DNA of 64,000 bases from Tubulanus polymorphus (GCF_964204645.1 NC_134028.1:2170001-2234000), one strand, 5' to 3'. Shown: positions 1-13,413, counted from the stretch's first letter. Numbers and translations: made by a program. Notes: a model not told the origin generated them from the letters alone.

Positions 1-180
1 TAGACTATGAGAAATGCGTTCGCTTCTTGTTTAGTTCGTGATGAATAATGTGACATCAGAAAAGACCGATATCCAACAATTTCTTCCCATGTCATGAAAT
101 TAATTGTATCTGATTCATTACTAATAAAACATAATTACGCAAACAATGCAGAGTGTCTAAAATTCGTCCATGGTGCATTA
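1..180 (+). other. Terminal 3'-UTR exon of a third, upstream kringle-VWD-EGF paralogue
   Basis: 1-180 (tag|actatgagaaatgcgttcgc...ctaataaaacat...catggtgcatt) is nearly identical to 19218-19395, the acceptor and last UTR exon of paralogue B, including AATAAA (123-128). Confidence 0.8.
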
Positions 181-2366
181 TATAGAGTTTACCCCCAATT
201 CATCGATAACGATTCATCCCTTCTCCGGAATTCGTGTTACTCGGAAGAATGTATTTATTTGTTCTGCAAGATCTGAGACACAATAAGAAAATTAGTAGTC
301 CTATATATGGAACCAGACCTAGAGGTAAACGCGGTACTAAGCTATAAGACAACTGCTTTTCATCACGGAACTGGTAGATGAACAGACTCCGATAAAGCAC
401 ATGGCTGTTTAATGCGGAATTGACAGCGAGCTAGTTGCAGAGACGATGGAATGCAAAATGATACGGATTCTACGCTGAGTTGCGGGTAAATTCTACACAA
501 AAACCGCAATAACAAAATTCTTAAACTTAACATAGTATCTGAATACGATAGCCGGAAAAGTTGGAGTCCCAGCAGTATTGTGGCTCAAGCCGACTTGCAA
601 TCATGTACAAATACGTGCTTCCCGATATATCAACGTTCTGTTATTGTGATTTGTTACTCGAGCCTCACCTCGACGTCTTTGGGTTAGGGGTAGAGCCTTC
701 GTACGTTCCTCCGTCCGTTCGGTCGTGCGTCTGTCACCTTTTTTTCCCACTAATTGCTATTAGTCCTACAGTTTTAATCAAATCAATTCCTAGTATGGTA
801 TGAATATTCTATGGACCGATACCTACAAAGAACACAGCCGATTTTGGATTATGACCACGAGGGGGAGCCCCTCTTCAAATCACACAGCGGAGCTATATTA
901 GCCGATATTAGCAATCGTAGCAATACTTTTCTAACATCGTTCCACAACAAAAATTAGACATTTTACAAGTCTTTTGCGGATGTCATACGTTTTTTTGCTA
1001 CAGTAGGCAGTACAGTATTGCGTTCCTGTATAGTCGGCATACAGACGGACAGCATACTGTTATACATACGATTAGCGATAGTTACTTCTAATTTCATTTG
1101 TTTCGAGAAAAATGAGAAATAGATCCGTTGATAAGAGTTGATGAATAGATTTAATATTTGAATATTTTTGAAATTGATATCAATAGTGGATATTCGTGTA
1201 TTGATTTATTGCTTCACTGAGGTGGTACTTGTCTTTTATCACTCGAAAATCTTCCGCTTGCCACACGTCACCAGCTCGAATCAATACGTTTATTGAATAC
1301 TATAGACATTTTCAACAAGCCCGATATTAAATTATATCCTCGTTTATAGCGGGATCGATAGATTTCACCGAAATGTTCGAGTATGTCCAACATGTATCGT
1401 ACGTTAAGTCGTGAAACGTGACGGTTACTGCTGAAAGTGAAAACTTTCAGAACTCATATACAACATTTCTTCTTATTCTTATTCAATTTTGATCTTAATC
1501 AAATTTATATATTTAATTCACTTTGTCTCATTCCAGTATTACGTGGTTTTTTTATTCAATTGATGAATCTTTTTGGGACATCGTTGAATGTGACTTTTCG
1601 TCATGAATTGAGGCAAACTATTAGTAAAAAATCACAAATCATGTAAATTATGTTATATAAATGTTTGACATAAGATAATAAAAAGTGCAATTCTTTATCT
1701 TATATCAACGGCATTCTGTTGATAGATTCGATGAAGTCCGGTCAATAAGATTTGCGTCGTACAATTACAGAAAACGATGCATTATTCTATGTATTACTAG
1801 AATGGAAATTAATCATGTTTCATATAATTCATCGAATATACTGATGTTACCGAAGTAGAAATGGTCGACAAGAGAGTGAAAACCTAAAGAATATCAGTAA
1901 CAAGTTACATTTCAACTTCTAACCACATTTTCTGGAATATGTGGCTGAAGGCCTATAAGTGTGAAAAATAAACTGGTTTCGGGAAATTCAAACTCCAAGA
2001 ACACGTGTCACAAAACATATGGAATACCAATTTATTTCATTTCGGAACTATTGTGATACCCCGAAGACTCTCCACAATTTGATATAACATGTGTATGATT
2101 AATCTGAATGGAATATATAGTAGCTTCGAAATTGGTAAAACTCATTATATTCTTTCACACGCGAGAATATTTTGAAAGTGACGGTAATTTTCATTATAAA
2201 AGAATTATCATATCTCCTAGTACTATTCATTCATTTTTGAAAATTTGCAGATTTCATGCTGGAAAGGTAGGGCGTGCAATATTCATTCCTGATTAAATGT
2301 ATCTTTTTCTTTATTTAGTCCTATCACTCAGCTATATATAGACTAGTGGTTTGTTTTTATTTACAG

Positions 2367-5300
2367 ATGTCGAAATTCCTCTATTCCATCGTTTTTGCCT
2401 TTTGTTGCGTTCACCTGATTTCATCACAAAACCCAACAAGTAACGTATCTATCTACAGGGAGATGGGGAAGGAGAGTTAGGGTGGCAAGATAGAAAGACA
2501 TCTTATCAGATTTACATATATAGTAGTTTTCCTTCATGAAATAACAATGAAATTACTTTTATCAGCATGTAAGGACAGTCAAGAAGGCACAGAATACAAG
2601 GGCACACTGAGTACGACCTTCTCTGGGAGAACGTGTAACTTTTGGTCAAACCATCAGGACAGTTCCTATACATTCCCGGCGGGTGAAACTGCGACGAGTG
2701 CTAAAAACTACTGTCGTAATCCCGGAGCAGTTCGGGATACTAGGAATATAGATGGTCGTTACCTCTCACCTATGCGAGCAGGACCTTGGTGTTATACAAC
2801 TGATGCATATGTGTGGGATTACTGTGACGTGCCGGTATGCGGTGAACCTCCTCGAGATCCTGGTCAGTGAATTTGAATTTGATCACATACATACCCGGTA
2901 TTTTGGGGCAAACAATTGCACTAAATGGTACGATAATATATTTCGCAGGAGTTGACTGCTTTAAAGTTACGAAATCTACTATGAAGAAATACTATTATTC
3001 TTACAATGGTTCACGTAGTATCAGTAGACTTGACAATCAGTGTGTCTATGCCCCTAGAGTAGAAGGCTTTTTTCTTTCTGTCAGGTAAGGGAGCATCTCA
3101 ACATTTCAATAGTTGCGTCAATTAGAATAACTGTCTAATTGGTTTTAACCCCCCATTTGATTAGACACATGCCAAAGTTGGAACTATTGATTTTCTAATG
3201 AGAGACCTTAGACAAAGATAAGACATCTCACGAGGGTATTTCGATCACAATTTTTAATTGAAAAAATGAAATAGCAAAATTACAAGTGAAAAACCTATTA
3301 AACTCTAATAGACTTTATAAACAAAATAAAATGTATCGAAAATACCAACAGCAACTAAAAGAGAGACGGTTAAATCTACTGCTTGTAATATATATATTTG
3401 AAACTGCAATTCAATTCAATGTTATCTTTATTGCGACGCAATAAATCGATAGTTCGGCAGCAGTGATGAATCCGCGGGAGGCCTTAACCTCTCCCCCACC
3501 CTCTTCCGCGAGTTATTCTACTTGAAGTAACTATCGAAATTTTGAGATGCTCCCTAACTTTATCAATAGGTTGAATTCAATTTGATAATTTATTTCGGAT
3601 CCTGTATTGACAAATCTTATGTCTTTTAGGGATTTCATAGCAAAATATATCGAACGGAGTGACGCATGCTATGTTCATAAAGGCGCCACTAACAGACAGA
3701 TGGCATGCTACGTGTATCTCGGAGATAACGCAGATAAACCATTCAAACTTGAAGGATGCAAACCCCCTGTTAATTGTGGTGAGTTTGAATTCGTTCATCT
3801 TAGAAGAAATGTAGAAAAGTCGACTTACAACAAATATCTATATAATATATATGTTTAATCAAATATTTCAAGTTTGTCGCGTATTCAAAATGGTTGATCC
3901 AATCGTGGTGTGTGTTGTCATGGTTATAAGTAGAAAATTATCGTCTTCATTCTTAACATGCCTCGATGTTGGTTATTTTTCAGGCCTATACGTAGCACCA
4001 GCAACCCTTCCACCAGCACGTAAGATTCACTGATTTAACTATCAATATTCATGCAGATTTCACTATCACTATCAGCCAATATTTCACAAATTAAACTCGA
4101 TATTTCGACATTCAAATTGGGTTTAAACAGAGAAAAATACTTAGTTTAAGAGCTGCATTTCATTAACAGCATGCATTTCTGTTTCTTTCGTCAAAATTAG
4201 CCTGCCAACCCGCATGTTCCAGTCAACATGAATGCATCAATAACATTTGCCAGTGCAAGACAGGATTAGTAACCAGTGGAACGACGTGTTCATGTCCCTC
4301 GGTAAATCTTTACTGGGACACAACTACGTTAACTTGCCAGCGTAAGTGCGATTCAAAATTGCCATCTAAATCTCTTCCGAGAAAAATGATTAAGTTCAAC
4401 ATGATTTTTTATTGATGCAATGAACGTAAAAATGTTGAGAATATTTTGAATATAGCTGCGTGTCGAGGTCGTTGCAAACAAACGGAGATATGCGTTAATG
4501 GAGATACTTGTGAGTGTGTAACTGGATTCAATAGATCTCCAAGCGGAATCTGTGAACGTGAGTTCATACGAAGATACTTTTTCATATTCAACTGCATCGA
4601 AATGTGACCAAAACCTCTTAAATAACGCAATAAAATTCTTGTTGTTTTTCATTTTACAGCTCCTCCAAAAACATGTCAGAAAATATGTAAAGCGTATGGC
4701 GATCCACATTTCCTATCATTTGATGGTTTGAGTTTCAGTTTTCATGGCTCTTGCACATATATACTAGCAGAATACAATGAACCAGGATCGACCTGTCGGT
4801 TCAGAATCTCATTGAGAAGTGTTAGAGTTACACAGAGTGTTCCTGTTACCTTTTCAACCGTTCTCATGTTTGAATCGCTTACACCAGGACAAACATTTTC
4901 GACTCGATTTAACCGAGTCTCCAAAGAGCTTACGGTGAGCAATCTATCCGTTAAGATCATTATTATGAATGATCATAAGATAGTATTGAATTTATACTTG
5001 TTCGACAATAAGTTCTACTTGTAACCGTTTACCGTTATCTATTACTGTACATTTATATGTATGTTCTTGTTATTGGGTCCTTCGTATATATGCGATGATA
5101 TTAATACGCACAGATTTCCTTTCGTTCGATTTCAGATAAATAACGTTTTGTCCTCAAGTCCATATGTTGGATTACCCGGCGATTACCAGGTTGGTTACGA
5201 ATCGGGCGTGTTCTTTGTGAGAAGCGCTCAATGCAGTATTGATGTCACGTTTCAAACATATACAGTGACCATACAGCTCGGAAAAACAACTACCAATACC

Positions 5301-8300
5301 TACGCAGGTATATTTCCACAATTAGCAACGAGTGCTTTTTCATACTATAAAGTAATATATCAAGATAACTCAAAACCTACTTAGAAGAAATGCTGAGTCG
5401 TGAAATGTTAAAGATTCTCCATGAGTTGATTTTCCATAATGAAGTTGATTTTCTGAAAACAACAGGTAATCTGATTGGTCTATGCGGTAACTGTGACGGA
5501 GATAAAACTAACGACCTCGATAATTGTTCGCAAGGCACGAGGAGGATCGGTTCTATAGGAAGAACGACATTACGGGATTCCTGTTTAGCGAGCGATGCAG
5601 AATTAGCATATAGGCCCAGGTATTGTGAAATATACATATGCAAAAACGCAATTGTAAGGTGCACATGCATAATCATTTGCTGTAATGCTGCCTTCATGTT
5701 TACTTTAGTTGCGTCAAATCGCCACCTCCAGTTACCTGCGAAACAAGTGTCCTCGATGCATTCGGATCGGACGAACAAAAATGTGGTTTACTAATGTAAG
5801 TTTTTCAAATCAGACGTAATTTGTATATTCACTGCACATATTCTGAAATTGTTATACAATGATTTTATTGTAGGCCCACAACAACAGGCCCATTTGCCGA
5901 GTGCTTAGCTAGTGGCGTGGTGGACGTTGCGCCATTTTTCGAATCATGTAAAAAGGACGCGTGTTACACACAAGCAGATATAAACGAACAACAAGAAATA
6001 ATTTGCGCGAGTCTTAGCACATTTGAGGTGAAATGTAGAGAAGCTGGGTTTACAACTGATGTTTGGAGATCAGCAACTTTCTGTCGTTAGTATCCATCAT
6101 GAATGTACATGTATTATGATTAATGTAAAAATGCATGATGTTTTGTCCTTCAACTAACATGATATATAGATAATCTATTTCCCTACAACCAACTTAAATT
6201 CTTTTTCAATATTTGTTATTTCTGTTACAGCACCGCCTGTATGCCCACAAAATTCACATTACAACCACAGTGCTGTTACCCCTCGACCAACATGCACACA
6301 ACCGTTCCAATACCATGCAGCAAACGCCGTCAAACTACCATTGTGTATTTGCGACGATGGGTACATGCTTTCTGGACAAATATGCGTTCTCAAATCAAAA
6401 TGCGGTACAAATTCGTTTCGATTTTACATTTCATGGTTTATCGCTTTGTTTATAACTATTTGCAGCATTATTTACTATCACTCTTTGATCACCAGATGTA
6501 TGTGTTCAGTCTCAGTGTAAAAATGGTGGAATTTGTGAACCACAGGACAGTGGTTACAGATGTATCTGTCTAAAAGACTTTACAGGAGATTACTGTGAAA
6601 ACGGTAAGGTTATCAGTCAGATTCTATCGGTCGCAATAGTTTTACATATTGCACACTTATGTTTTTTCATTTCAACTTCATTCTCTAGTTCGAGACCAAA
6701 ACATTGTATCATTGAACTTATATCATCCAATATTTTCTTAATATTTTGATGGGCAGCCTTTTCAAGACATACTAGTGTATTTTCGAATTGATGACAAAAT
6801 AACAAAGAAAAGTCTAACCATGATACGTTTTTCACAGGTCCTGGTAATTTGTGTGATCCAAATCCATGCAATGGTGGGGTGTGCCAGATTGATCCATATG
6901 GTGAAGTAGTTTGCCTATGTCCAGAGTCCCTTACTGGAGATAGATGTACAATGCCAGTACCTGTTGGTAAGTATTGAAATACACGTTTAGAATAACTAAG
7001 AAAGAAAGTCATTATACCTGTTCCATTCTATTTCTAGATCCCTGTTCGTCAAACCCATGTGAAAATGGTCTGTGTCAAATTCTGATGGTAAATGGCGTTC
7101 CGAATAATTACACTTGCAGCTGTGATCCGGATTATACCGGTAACCACTGTCAATGTGGCCCTAATACACCGTACGACATCAGCACCAATGCGTGCAGTAA
7201 GCAACCTTTATATCATTCCAGCTTATCAGAGGTGCTTCAGTGCAAGATAATACGAAACAAAAATGTTAAGAAGAGAAGAATAAATAATCAAATTTGCGTA
7301 ACTTACACATTTTAGACTTATGTTTTCCAAACCCATGTGGTACCAATGGACAATGCGTTCAATCTGGAGCAGGTTACACTTGTAACTGTAATGCTGGTTT
7401 TACCGGTAATCGATGTCAATGCAGCCCCAGTGAAACTTACGTTGCGAACAATGACACATGTGTCAGTAAGTATACCGGTATCTAATCAAATTATAGAAAC
7501 TTCCCATCCAAACATATTTTCCTATGCACAAGGGATTGCGTGTCATTGCGAAACAGATTGCGGTTGATTTTCATTTGGAAGATTCATCATAAATGCCTGA
7601 CACCGTTTATTTTACCTTTTAGGTGATCCATATATTCTCATTATTTGATTGATGTAATCCAATTTCAGTTACTGGATGCCAACCCGCATGCTCGGATCGT
7701 CAAAGCTGCATCAATAACATTTGTCAGTGCAAAACAGGATTAGTAACCAGTGGAACGACGTGTTCATGTCCCTCGGTAAACCTTTACTGGGACACAACTA
7801 CGTTAACTTGCCAGCGTAAGTGCAACAAACTCATAATGTCCATCTGCTTGAAACTTTACCATATTCACCGCAAACAATATCTATTGGTTGAATATCAGAA
7901 TAATTTCATATTGCTTCAATTATATCTACACATATAAAGCTGCGTGTCAAGGTCGTTGCAAAGATAGGGAGATATGCGTCAATGGAGATACTTGTGAGTG
8001 TGTAACTGGATTCAATAGATCTCCAAGCGGAATCTGTGAACGTGAGTTCATTCGAAGATACCGATTCAAATTCAACTGCATCGAAATGTCACATAAACCT
8101 CTTAAATAACGCGATAAGATTCTTGTTGTTTTTCATTTAACAGCTCCTACAACAACATGTCAGAAAATATGTAAAGCGTATGGCGATCCACATTTCCTAT
8201 CATTCGATGGGTTGAGTTACAATTTTCATGGCCTTTGCACATATACACTAGCAGAATACAATGAACCAGCATCAACCTGTCGGTTCAGAATCTCATTGAG

Positions 8301-11256
8301 AAGTGTTAGATTGAGACCGAGTGTTCCTGTTACCTTTTCAACCGTTCTCATGTTTGAATCGCTTACACCAGGACAAACATTTTCGACACGATTTAACCGA
8401 GTCTCCAAAGAGCTTACGGTGAGCGTTAAAATCATAACTATTCACGAACACAAGATAGTATTAGATTTATACTGTTTCAACAATCATTTCTACTTGTAAC
8501 CGTTCACTGTTCTTGTTTAAAAAATGTATCTAAGTCCTTGGCATATCGATATTCACGTATGGGATGATATTAATACGAACAGGGTTTTTTTTCATTTGAT
8601 TTCAGATAAATAACGTTTTGTCCTCAAGTCCATATGTTGGATTACCCGGTGATTACCAGGTTGGTTACGAATTGGGAAGGTTTTTTGTGAGAAGCGATCA
8701 ATGCAGTATTGATGTCACATTTGAAGAATATACGGTGACCATAAAGCTCGGAAAAACAACTACCAATACCTACGCAGGTATAATTCCACAATTAGCTACA
8801 ATGGCCTTACAAACTATAAAGTAATATATCCAGATAACATTAAAAATGATTTAAAAGAAATGAGAAAAAAGTCTCCATGAGATGATGAAATCTATCATTT
8901 GAAAACATCAGGCAATCTGATTGGTCTATGCGGCAACTGTAACGGAGATAAAACCGATGATCTCGATAACTGCACGAATGGCACGAGTAGAATCGATGCT
9001 GTAGGAAGACCGACAGTACAGGAAACATTACATCACTGTTTAGTGAACGATACAGAATTATCATACAGACCCAGGTATAATGAAAGATAAGTATACTAAA
9101 ATTCAGTTGTCATTTGCATGTTGAATGTTTTTCTTTAATCCTACCTTAATATGTATTTCAGTTGCGACAAACCGCCACCTTCAGTTACTTGCGAAACAAG
9201 TGTCCTCGATGCATTCGGATCGGACGAACAAAAATGTGGTTTGCTGACGTAAGTTTTAAAAATCAGACGTAATTTGTATACTGCACACATCTTAAAATGG
9301 TTTTACAATAATCTTATTCTAGGTCCACACCAGGCCCATTCACCGAGTGCATAGCTAGTGGCGTGGTGGACGTTACGCCTTTTTTTGAATCATGTATAGC
9401 CGACGCGTGTTACACACAAGCAGATATAAACGAACAACAAGAAATAATTTGCGCGAGTCTAAGCACATTTGAGGTGAAATGTAGAGAAGCTGGGTTTACA
9501 ACTGATGTTTGGAGATCAGCAACTTTCTGTCGTTAGTATCCAACATAAATGTACATGTGTTATGATTAATTTAAAAATACATGCGTTAAGATTGTTCGTC
9601 CTTCTACAACTAACATGATAGATAGATAATCTTATTTCTCTAGGACCAACTTTTTCAATATTTGTTATTTCTGTTACAGCACCGCCTGTATGCCCACAAA
9701 ATTCACATTACAACCACAGTGCTGTTACCCCTCGACCAACATGCACACAACCGTTCCAATACCATGCAGCAAACGCCGTCAAATTACCATTGTGTATTTG
9801 CGACGATGGGTACATGCTTTCTGGACAAATATGTGTTCTCAAATCAAAATGCGGTATAAATTCGTTTCGATTTTACATTTCATGGTTTATCGATTTGTTA
9901 ATTACTATTTGCAGCATTATTTACTATCACTCTTTGATCACCAGATGTATGTGTTCAGTCTCAGTGTAAAAATGGTGGAATTTGTGAACCACAGGACAGT
10001 GGTTACAGATGTATCTGTCTAAAAGACTTTACAGGAGATTACTGTGAAAACGGTAAGGTTATCAGTCTGATTGTATCAGTCGCAATAGTTTTACATATTA
10101 CACACTTATGTTTTTTCATTTCAACTTCATTCTCTAGTTCGAGACCAAAACATTGTATCATTGAACTTATATCATCCAATATTTTCTTAATATTTTGATG
10201 GGCAGCCTTTTCAAGACATACTAGTGTATTTTCGAATTGATGACAAAATAACAAAGGAAAGTCTAACCATGATACATTTTTCACAGGTCCTGGTAATTTA
10301 TGTGATCCTAACCCATGCAATGGTGGGGTGTGCCAGATTGATCCATATGGTGAAGTAGTTTGCCTATGTCCAGAGTCCCTTACTGGAGATAGATGTACAA
10401 TGCCAGTACCTGTTGGTAAGTATTGAAATACACTTTTTGAATAACTAAGAAAGTCATTATACCTGTTCCATTCTATTTTCTAGATCCCTGTTCGTCAAAC
10501 CCATGTAAAAATGGTCTGTGTCAAATCCTGCTGGTAAATGGCGTTCCGAATAATTACACTTGCAGCTGCGATCCGGATTATACCGGTAATCAATGTCAAT
10601 GTGGCCCTAATGAAAATTACGACGCAAACACTCAAGCATGCAAATTAGGCGAGTCATATTCTGACAGACAAATACGCATATTGTAATACATAAGCGAAAT
10701 TAGAAATATTCTCCTGACCTCATTAATTTCTTACAGTTTGTAATGGCTGCACAGATCGTCAAGTGCTCGATGCTAGTGGAATCTGTCAATGTGTATCAGG
10801 AACAACATGGAACGGATCGCAGTGCGCGTGTGATTCCAATCGCCTCTGGGACACCGTAACGAAACAGTGCATTGGTAAAATATTCTTATCTTCTGACATT
10901 GTTCAGACTTTTATTTGCACAGATTCAAAGGTTAAATAATATGAAAAGAAATAGACTTTGTTAACATATATACTTAACTCATAATTTATTTGACATTTTA
11001 GGAATTGGGTCTTTGACAGGTAATTTCTTTCTTTTTCTAAATACAGTACTCAATTTCACTCACGTCAAGACCTATGACGGATCGTGTTGTATCTGATATC
11101 ATTCAGAAATCATCTAAATTATTTATATATTCATTGATTCTAGGAACGTGTGGAATGCATGGTAATAATCCATGCTCCCCGGGTGAATGCGTTCCCGATG
11201 GGGGGAAATATTACTGCGTTTGTCCCAATGGGCACACTGTTACTGGATGTCAGTAA
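2367..11256 (+). CDS. Paralogue A: secreted kringle / VWD-C8-TIL x2 / multi-EGF protein (zonadhesin/FCGBP/mucin-D-like modules), about 1517 aa, 31 coding exons
   Basis: Exons 2367-2439 (signal peptide MSKFLYSIVFAFCCVHLISS), 2566-2862 (kringle, NYCRNP..GPWCYTT), 2949-3084, 3630-3778, 3984-4019, 4201-4341, 4456-4557, 4660-4934 (VWD, AYGDPHF), 5136-5307, 5466-5619 (GLCGNCDG), 5709-5795, 5874-6085 (C8), 6231-6404 (TIL-like), 6496-6603, 6838-6966, 7038-7196, 7316-7465 (EGF). Second block: 7669-7815, 7940-8041, 8144-8418, 8606-8777, 8912-9074, 9162-9248, 9323-9531, 9680-9853, 9945-10052, 10287-10415, 10484-10648. Then 10737-10874, 11002-11019, 11144-11256 (TAA). Phases are consistent and the exons total 4554 nt. 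Confidence 0.85.
3089..3554. mobile_element. MITE, PIF/Harbinger (Tourist-like), 466 bp
   Basis: 44-bp TIRs (gggagcatctcaa...tagaataact, about 5 mismatches) and a 3-bp TAA TSD (3086-3088 / 3555-3557). The paralogue B intron at 14379 (gtaactttatcaatagg) is the empty site. Confidence 0.9.
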
Positions 11257-13284
11257 GACTCCAACTATCATCGATATGTCTACAAGGTGAGTCTGCTACT
11301 TTATGTGATTATAGATGACAAACACTTGCATGCAACTTGTTTTGTTTTAAAGATTAATTTCCGAAAGAAAACTTTATTGCATCGAAGTTAATTTAAACGT
11401 TGTGCGAAATATACGTGGTATATTGTTTTCATCCTAGTGCTAAGACTGGAGAAGCGTCCTCGTATGTTTTGTTGGTGATAATGATTTGCGACCGACTGAA
11501 GAGACTAAAATCAGGAATTGTGTCCGTGTTCGAAATGTGTTGATATTTACAATGTAATTGTTATGACTAATAAAACATTAACCGCTCACCCATAATAAAG
11601 TAGTTTGTGTCGATTGTGGGAAAAATTAGAACATATTGTTAATCACAGCTTGTTAATTGGATTATGTTATTGCAGAATTATAAACACATGAACTCCAACT
11701 TCTCCAAACATCAGCTGCACGTTTGAAAGGACTCACAAATTCGATCATATCATTTCCAGTTTTTTGGACTTTCACAGGTTAACCGTTTCTGCAAGAATCC
11801 AGATTCTCAATAAAATACTGCATGTAATTAAGTATTTTACTATCTTTCTGAGTGAAACATGTATAACTTAATAGGCAAACCAGTGATAGAAGAAAAGTCT
11901 TAGATAAGGACTTGAATGTACGAATAGATAAAATAGAATTCATTTACAATAAACGACTACTCGAACATGCAATATCAATTGTATTCTACTTGAATGAATT
12001 CAATCATCACATCTCGTCAATTTTCCTTTCAACAAGTTACAATTGTATTAAACTTTCTCTCTTCGTCGAAGGTTCATTGAGTGTTCAATAAAAATGAAAC
12101 AAGAATCAATACGTACTCATGGAATACAACGGATTCTACTTGATACAATTTCGAGGTCGCGTACACACATTTCGAATATCAAGATAGTGTTATGAAATGA
12201 TGTATATTTGATTATGGGGGCAACATAATGATGTGTTTGTTTATTATATTATTACTATGTATTCATAATAAATATCTGTCTGACAGTTCACAGTTTCTAC
12301 ATCTGTCCTGGTATGTCTGATACCAAGGGTAAAAATATAGGGGTGAGTTTAGTTTAAAACAAGATTTGTTTTGAAAGTCATCGGTGACGAAGTTAGGCTC
12401 GACAGTCGGGCTCGGAGCTCCTTCAACTTCGAGAAATCTATGGGCCGAATAATGAGTCGGTGCTCGACGAATCGGATCAATAAATACAGATCGTCAATCA
12501 ATCATGGAGGCACTATTTACTATATTCTGGATATTTGGGTGAAGTTATCGGAACGACGGATCGGACGTATAAGAGAGCGAAGCCGACCTACCTGCTCTTC
12601 TCTTTCAATTGCTCTATTTCAATTACTTTCAATTGAGCATCATATCTAAAAAAATGAATTACGAAAGAAACGTAAAGGGGAGCTATGCACTAAATGTGCT
12701 TAAGGCTGAGTAATTAGTAGGCTACTCGATTAGCTATATATAGCGATATTAATACGAAGATTTATTATATGATATTACATCCTATCACCGACACTACTAT
12801 AACGTAAGGACATTCAAAACCAGCCCAGTAATCGTTTTGCATTCAACAAAACGGAGGATTGGATTAACCCCTTCATTAATTGTTAAAACAACAGCAAAAA
12901 CCTTCATTTACACAACTATCCAGCCAAAGAGGAGTGAGAATTCTACTTGAACGATTTGGCTCTTTGAAGGTAATTTCGCAATCGATGGCTCTTCATGCGT
13001 TTATAATAGAAGTAATAATATAGAATTGATAATATCATATTAATGGTGAAATTGAAATTTCAAAACTCTCCAGACATAATATTATTATTAATATGACAGG
13101 TGTTAAACTAAAACCACATTGAATATTATATATAAACAGGCTTTGAGAAGTGTAAAATCGTTTCATTTAACGTAAATGAATTTGAAAAGTAAGTTCAAAC
13201 AATCATCATTTCTCACGTTCGATTTAATCATTCGTATTGGAAATGATAACGGCGGTAGTATTAAATTTTCACTCTAACCTTCCT

Positions 13285-13413
13285 GGGCCAGTTGCTCAAA
13301 AGTTGGTTAAAGCTAACCAGCAGATAAATGCCGTAGTAAAAATGAACATAATTGTCACAATGTCAACTATACACTGGTTAACTTTGACTAACTTTTGAGC
13401 AACTGCAGGGGCC
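13285..13413. mobile_element. Short MITE-like inverted repeat element
   Basis: gggccagttgctcaaaagttggttaaagctaaccag pairs with ctggttaactttgactaacttttgagcaactg..gggccc. A weaker relative lies at about 56693-56785. Confidence 0.65.

Noticed and set aside
640-900. Possible Helitron/Helentron-type fragment (ccgtccgttcggtcgtgcgtctgtc)
   Set aside because: Resemblance only; no termini or second copy in the window.
6213-6573. Listed ORFs MLFLLQHRLY.. and MPTKFTLQPQ.. repeated three times
   Set aside because: Alternative-frame readings of the duplicated TIL and EGF exons.
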